Below, piece after piece: positions 61,151-64,000 of a stretch of 64,000 bases of DNA. Origin of the DNA: Eledone cirrhosa (Eukaryota); NCBI GenBank assembly GCA_964016885.1, contig OZ024741.1:389112001-389176000 (forward strand), in the 5' to 3' direction. How positions within the stretch are numbered: position 1 is the stretch's first letter; every line of letters starts with the position of its first letter. The translations under genes and the position numbers were made by a program. Below the pieces are notes generated by a model, which saw only the letters and a program-made list of their open reading frames with translations, was not told where the DNA came from and did not search any database.

Positions 61151-61695
61151 GGACAGACTTTAGACTTTAGACATTGTGTGTTGTATTTATGTTTACTTTA
61201 CTGTTCTGTCCTTCACTTTTTTAGTTTGTGTGCGCGCATGTATGAGGGTATGTGACTTAGTGATTAGAGTGTTTGGCTTACAATTGTGAGGTCATGACAT
61301 TGATTCCTTGAGCACAACACTTTGTTTCATATTGCTCCAGTTCACTCAGCAATGAGTTGTAATTCAAAGGGCCAGCCATGTCATGCTGAATCTCCCTGAG
61401 AATTACATTAAGGGTACCTCTGTCTGTGGAATGTTCAGCCATCTCACATCAATTTCATAAGCAGCAAACAGCACTCAGCAAAACTGACAGAGGTCCAGCA
61501 ACTATGTATGTTTATGTTCCTTGCACCAAATGAACATTGCTTTCTCATTACCAAATGTTCCTGCTGAATACAACTGCAATCCCAACCTAACAATGCCGAT
61601 AAGGAATGGATAATTTCTTTTGCAAATAAAGATTTGCATCATTTCTGTACTTGTGAATTTTTCTACATTATCACAACTCTTGTGTGTGTATATAT

Positions 61696-61788
<93 letters not shown>

Positions 61789-61889
61789 CTGTACCATATA
61801 TCTATTATCACTTTGTAATATACCACCTCTATGTATGTTTGTATTTATGTACATTATTATGATTATTATTATTATCATTATTATTATTA

Positions 61890-62100
61890 TTATGGATTGG
61901 CTGAATCGTTAGAGCATCAGACAAATGCGTAGTGGTATTTGTTCCAGCTCTTTATGTTCTGAGTTAAAATCCCGCCATGGTTAACTTTGCCTTTCATCCT
62001 CGTGGGGTTGATAAAATGCACTGGGGTCGATTTAATCGATTTTCCCCTCCCAAAATATTGTTGGCATTGTGCCTAAATCAGAAACCATTATTATTATCAT
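61890..62100 (+). mobile_element. SINE family A variant
   Basis: Head ggattggc, B-box, core and long tail. Confidence 0.78.
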
Positions 62101-62595
62101 CATTATAGCTTACTATGATAGGTCACTTTTAGGAGTTACCTATGGATATTTTTTTATCATTTCAGACAATCTATATTCATGGATAAATGATAGTTTGACT
62201 GTTTGCAATCTGGGATACTTTACAAAAGATGATTACCATCCTAACTGAGCAATGTCAGTAACCAAGTAGCTAATGAGAGAGAGAATGAGTAGGAGAGAGA
62301 GGAAATCACCTTACTGTGTCTGTCACTCTTTGGAAACTCTTGATCTCCATTTATGTCAAATCTTCATAAATTATTATATTTTTATTTTATTTTATTTTTT
62401 TCCAAATCTGCTACAAATTTATTCATTAAGTATAAGAGTATAAGAGATATTTTTTTGACAGTGTCATTAGAATTAATGATATTCTTATGCAATATCAAAG
62501 TTTCAGCTAAACTTGAGCAGTTTATAAACCATTGTACTTTTCACCTTTCATACACACTACATAGGGTTGGACACATTTTCCTTTTATATTCAATG

Positions 62596-62652
<57 letters not shown>

Positions 62653-62942
62653 TCCTGTTCATGAAGACTTACAAAACTTATTTGAAATTGCAACAGTTAC
62701 TGACTATCATGTTTGTACTGTTGTAATGTGACTGGATATTTTACCATTTTTAGAATATTTCTACATTTTAACAAAAAAAAGCATTATCTATTCATTGGTT
62801 CATGTATGTGTGTGTGTGTGTTATGTGGGAGAAAAAGATTACTTATGTACCTGTGTGTGAGAGAGAGAGAGTGTTTATTACCTGTATGTGTGTTTATATA
62901 CATTTGTCTGTGTATACACATATGCAATATATGCAGAGTGAC

Positions 62943-62979
<37 letters not shown>

Positions 62980-63339
62980 ATTTATGTATGTATATATATA
63001 TAAAGACATTTTAAAAGTTAGTAATCTTTTATTGATTGCTTGTGTACACTGACATATGTTATGGCCAAAATATTGCTACTGACCCTGGCTCACATAGAAA
63101 ATTAAAATAAACCTGATTGTTGAACCAAAAGTTTTAAAAATTTCTTTAATTCTTTGTGATTTCTATTCCTGAACCAAAATAAAAATCTATGAAACATTCT
63201 ACTTACCGTGTTAACATCTGTTCAGAGCATGGATTGCCAAGTTGATAGGTTACTGGATAACTAACTAAGAGGTTGGCTGTTCACATCTTGTCACTGGCAT
63301 ACAGTTGTTTTGGTATTGTTTTATTAAGACAGTTCATTC

Positions 63340-63586
63340 TTAACCCCTTCATTACCATATTTCTAATGAAAAACATTGCCTGTCATTTTCAAATATTGTT
63401 TAAAATAAGTATTTGGAGGGATTTACTAACTTTCTCATTATTAATCTGGTGTTTAGAGTATAATCTAAGAAAGGTCCTATTATAATAAGATTATAATAGG
63501 TTTTTAGATAAGTATAAACACTTTAAATAGGCAGCTTTGTATTGTAGAAGTAGAAGTTTCAGGTGGCTTGCTATCAAAAGGGTTAA
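63340..63586. mobile_element. TTAA-flanked MITE family 2
   Basis: ttaa|ccccttc ... aaaaggg|ttaa; reverse-complement homolog of 30167-30417. Confidence 0.65.
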
Positions 63587-64000
63587 ATGAACCAAGTGAA
63601 CCAGAGTGTCTCTATATGGCCACTCACCTGTTAGAAACAGCAGTCAAATCTCGTTTTAAGTCACAACCTACTATCTTTAAAAAAAAAAACAAGACCAATT
63701 TGATGATGTAGTCCAAGACTGTGATCATGGTTCTACTTGATTAAGTTTGACCTGAAGCTGTATAATCCTAGCTATTCAAACTCCTGTGCAAATGATAATG
63801 TCAATTATCTATTTACTTTGTTTCTTATGATATATGAGGACAGAATGTTTCTCTAGATAAAACTCAGTTTTCAGTAATCAATCATCTGTGAAAGTCTCAC
63901 AACCACCACTAGCACTCCACCCTTTCATATTAACCACACTCCTTTTATCTTGATTGCAATATTTTATCTACACTTTTTCATTTTAACCACACCCTTTTAT

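Noticed and set aside
61634-63014. Low-complexity YI/HT/CV ORFs
   Set aside because: Translations of (TA)n, (CA)n and (TG)n microsatellites.
63207-63260. Possible minus-strand exon of a neighbouring gene (YPVTYQLGNPCSEQMLTR with a gtaagt donor)
   Set aside because: Short, weak acceptor, no recognisable homology and no partner exon I can support.

Overview
AT-rich, repeat-dense animal genomic DNA. The SINE, RTE-LINE and (TA)n content suggests an octopus/coleoid cephalopod (inference, not proven). I reconstructed by hand one intron-rich protein-coding gene on the + strand. It has 14 coding exons between 5681 and 58474, all with GT-AG introns in compatible phases, giving a 1800-nt CDS and a 599-aa protein. 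The protein has SLC6/NSS (LeuT-fold, sodium:neurotransmitter symporter) architecture and SLC6-like intron positions, but almost every Na+-site, substrate and gate motif has been replaced. Its C-terminal tail carries a PSAP motif. The introns are full of mobile elements: a near full-length RTE LINE with a C4HC3 PHD-type finger inserted inside its reverse transcriptase, many truncated RTE copies beside (TA)n tracts, CR1, R4/Dong and Tx1/L1-like remnants, tRNA-derived SINEs, two solo LTRs, a non-autonomous Helitron, piggyBac-type TTAA MITEs, hAT MITEs, and mariner and pogo remnants. Several perfect local inverted repeats and near-identical inverted repeat pairs flank exons. Most short ORFs in the supplied track are antisense TE frames or noise. 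Exon coordinates were read base by base; most TE boundaries are approximate.
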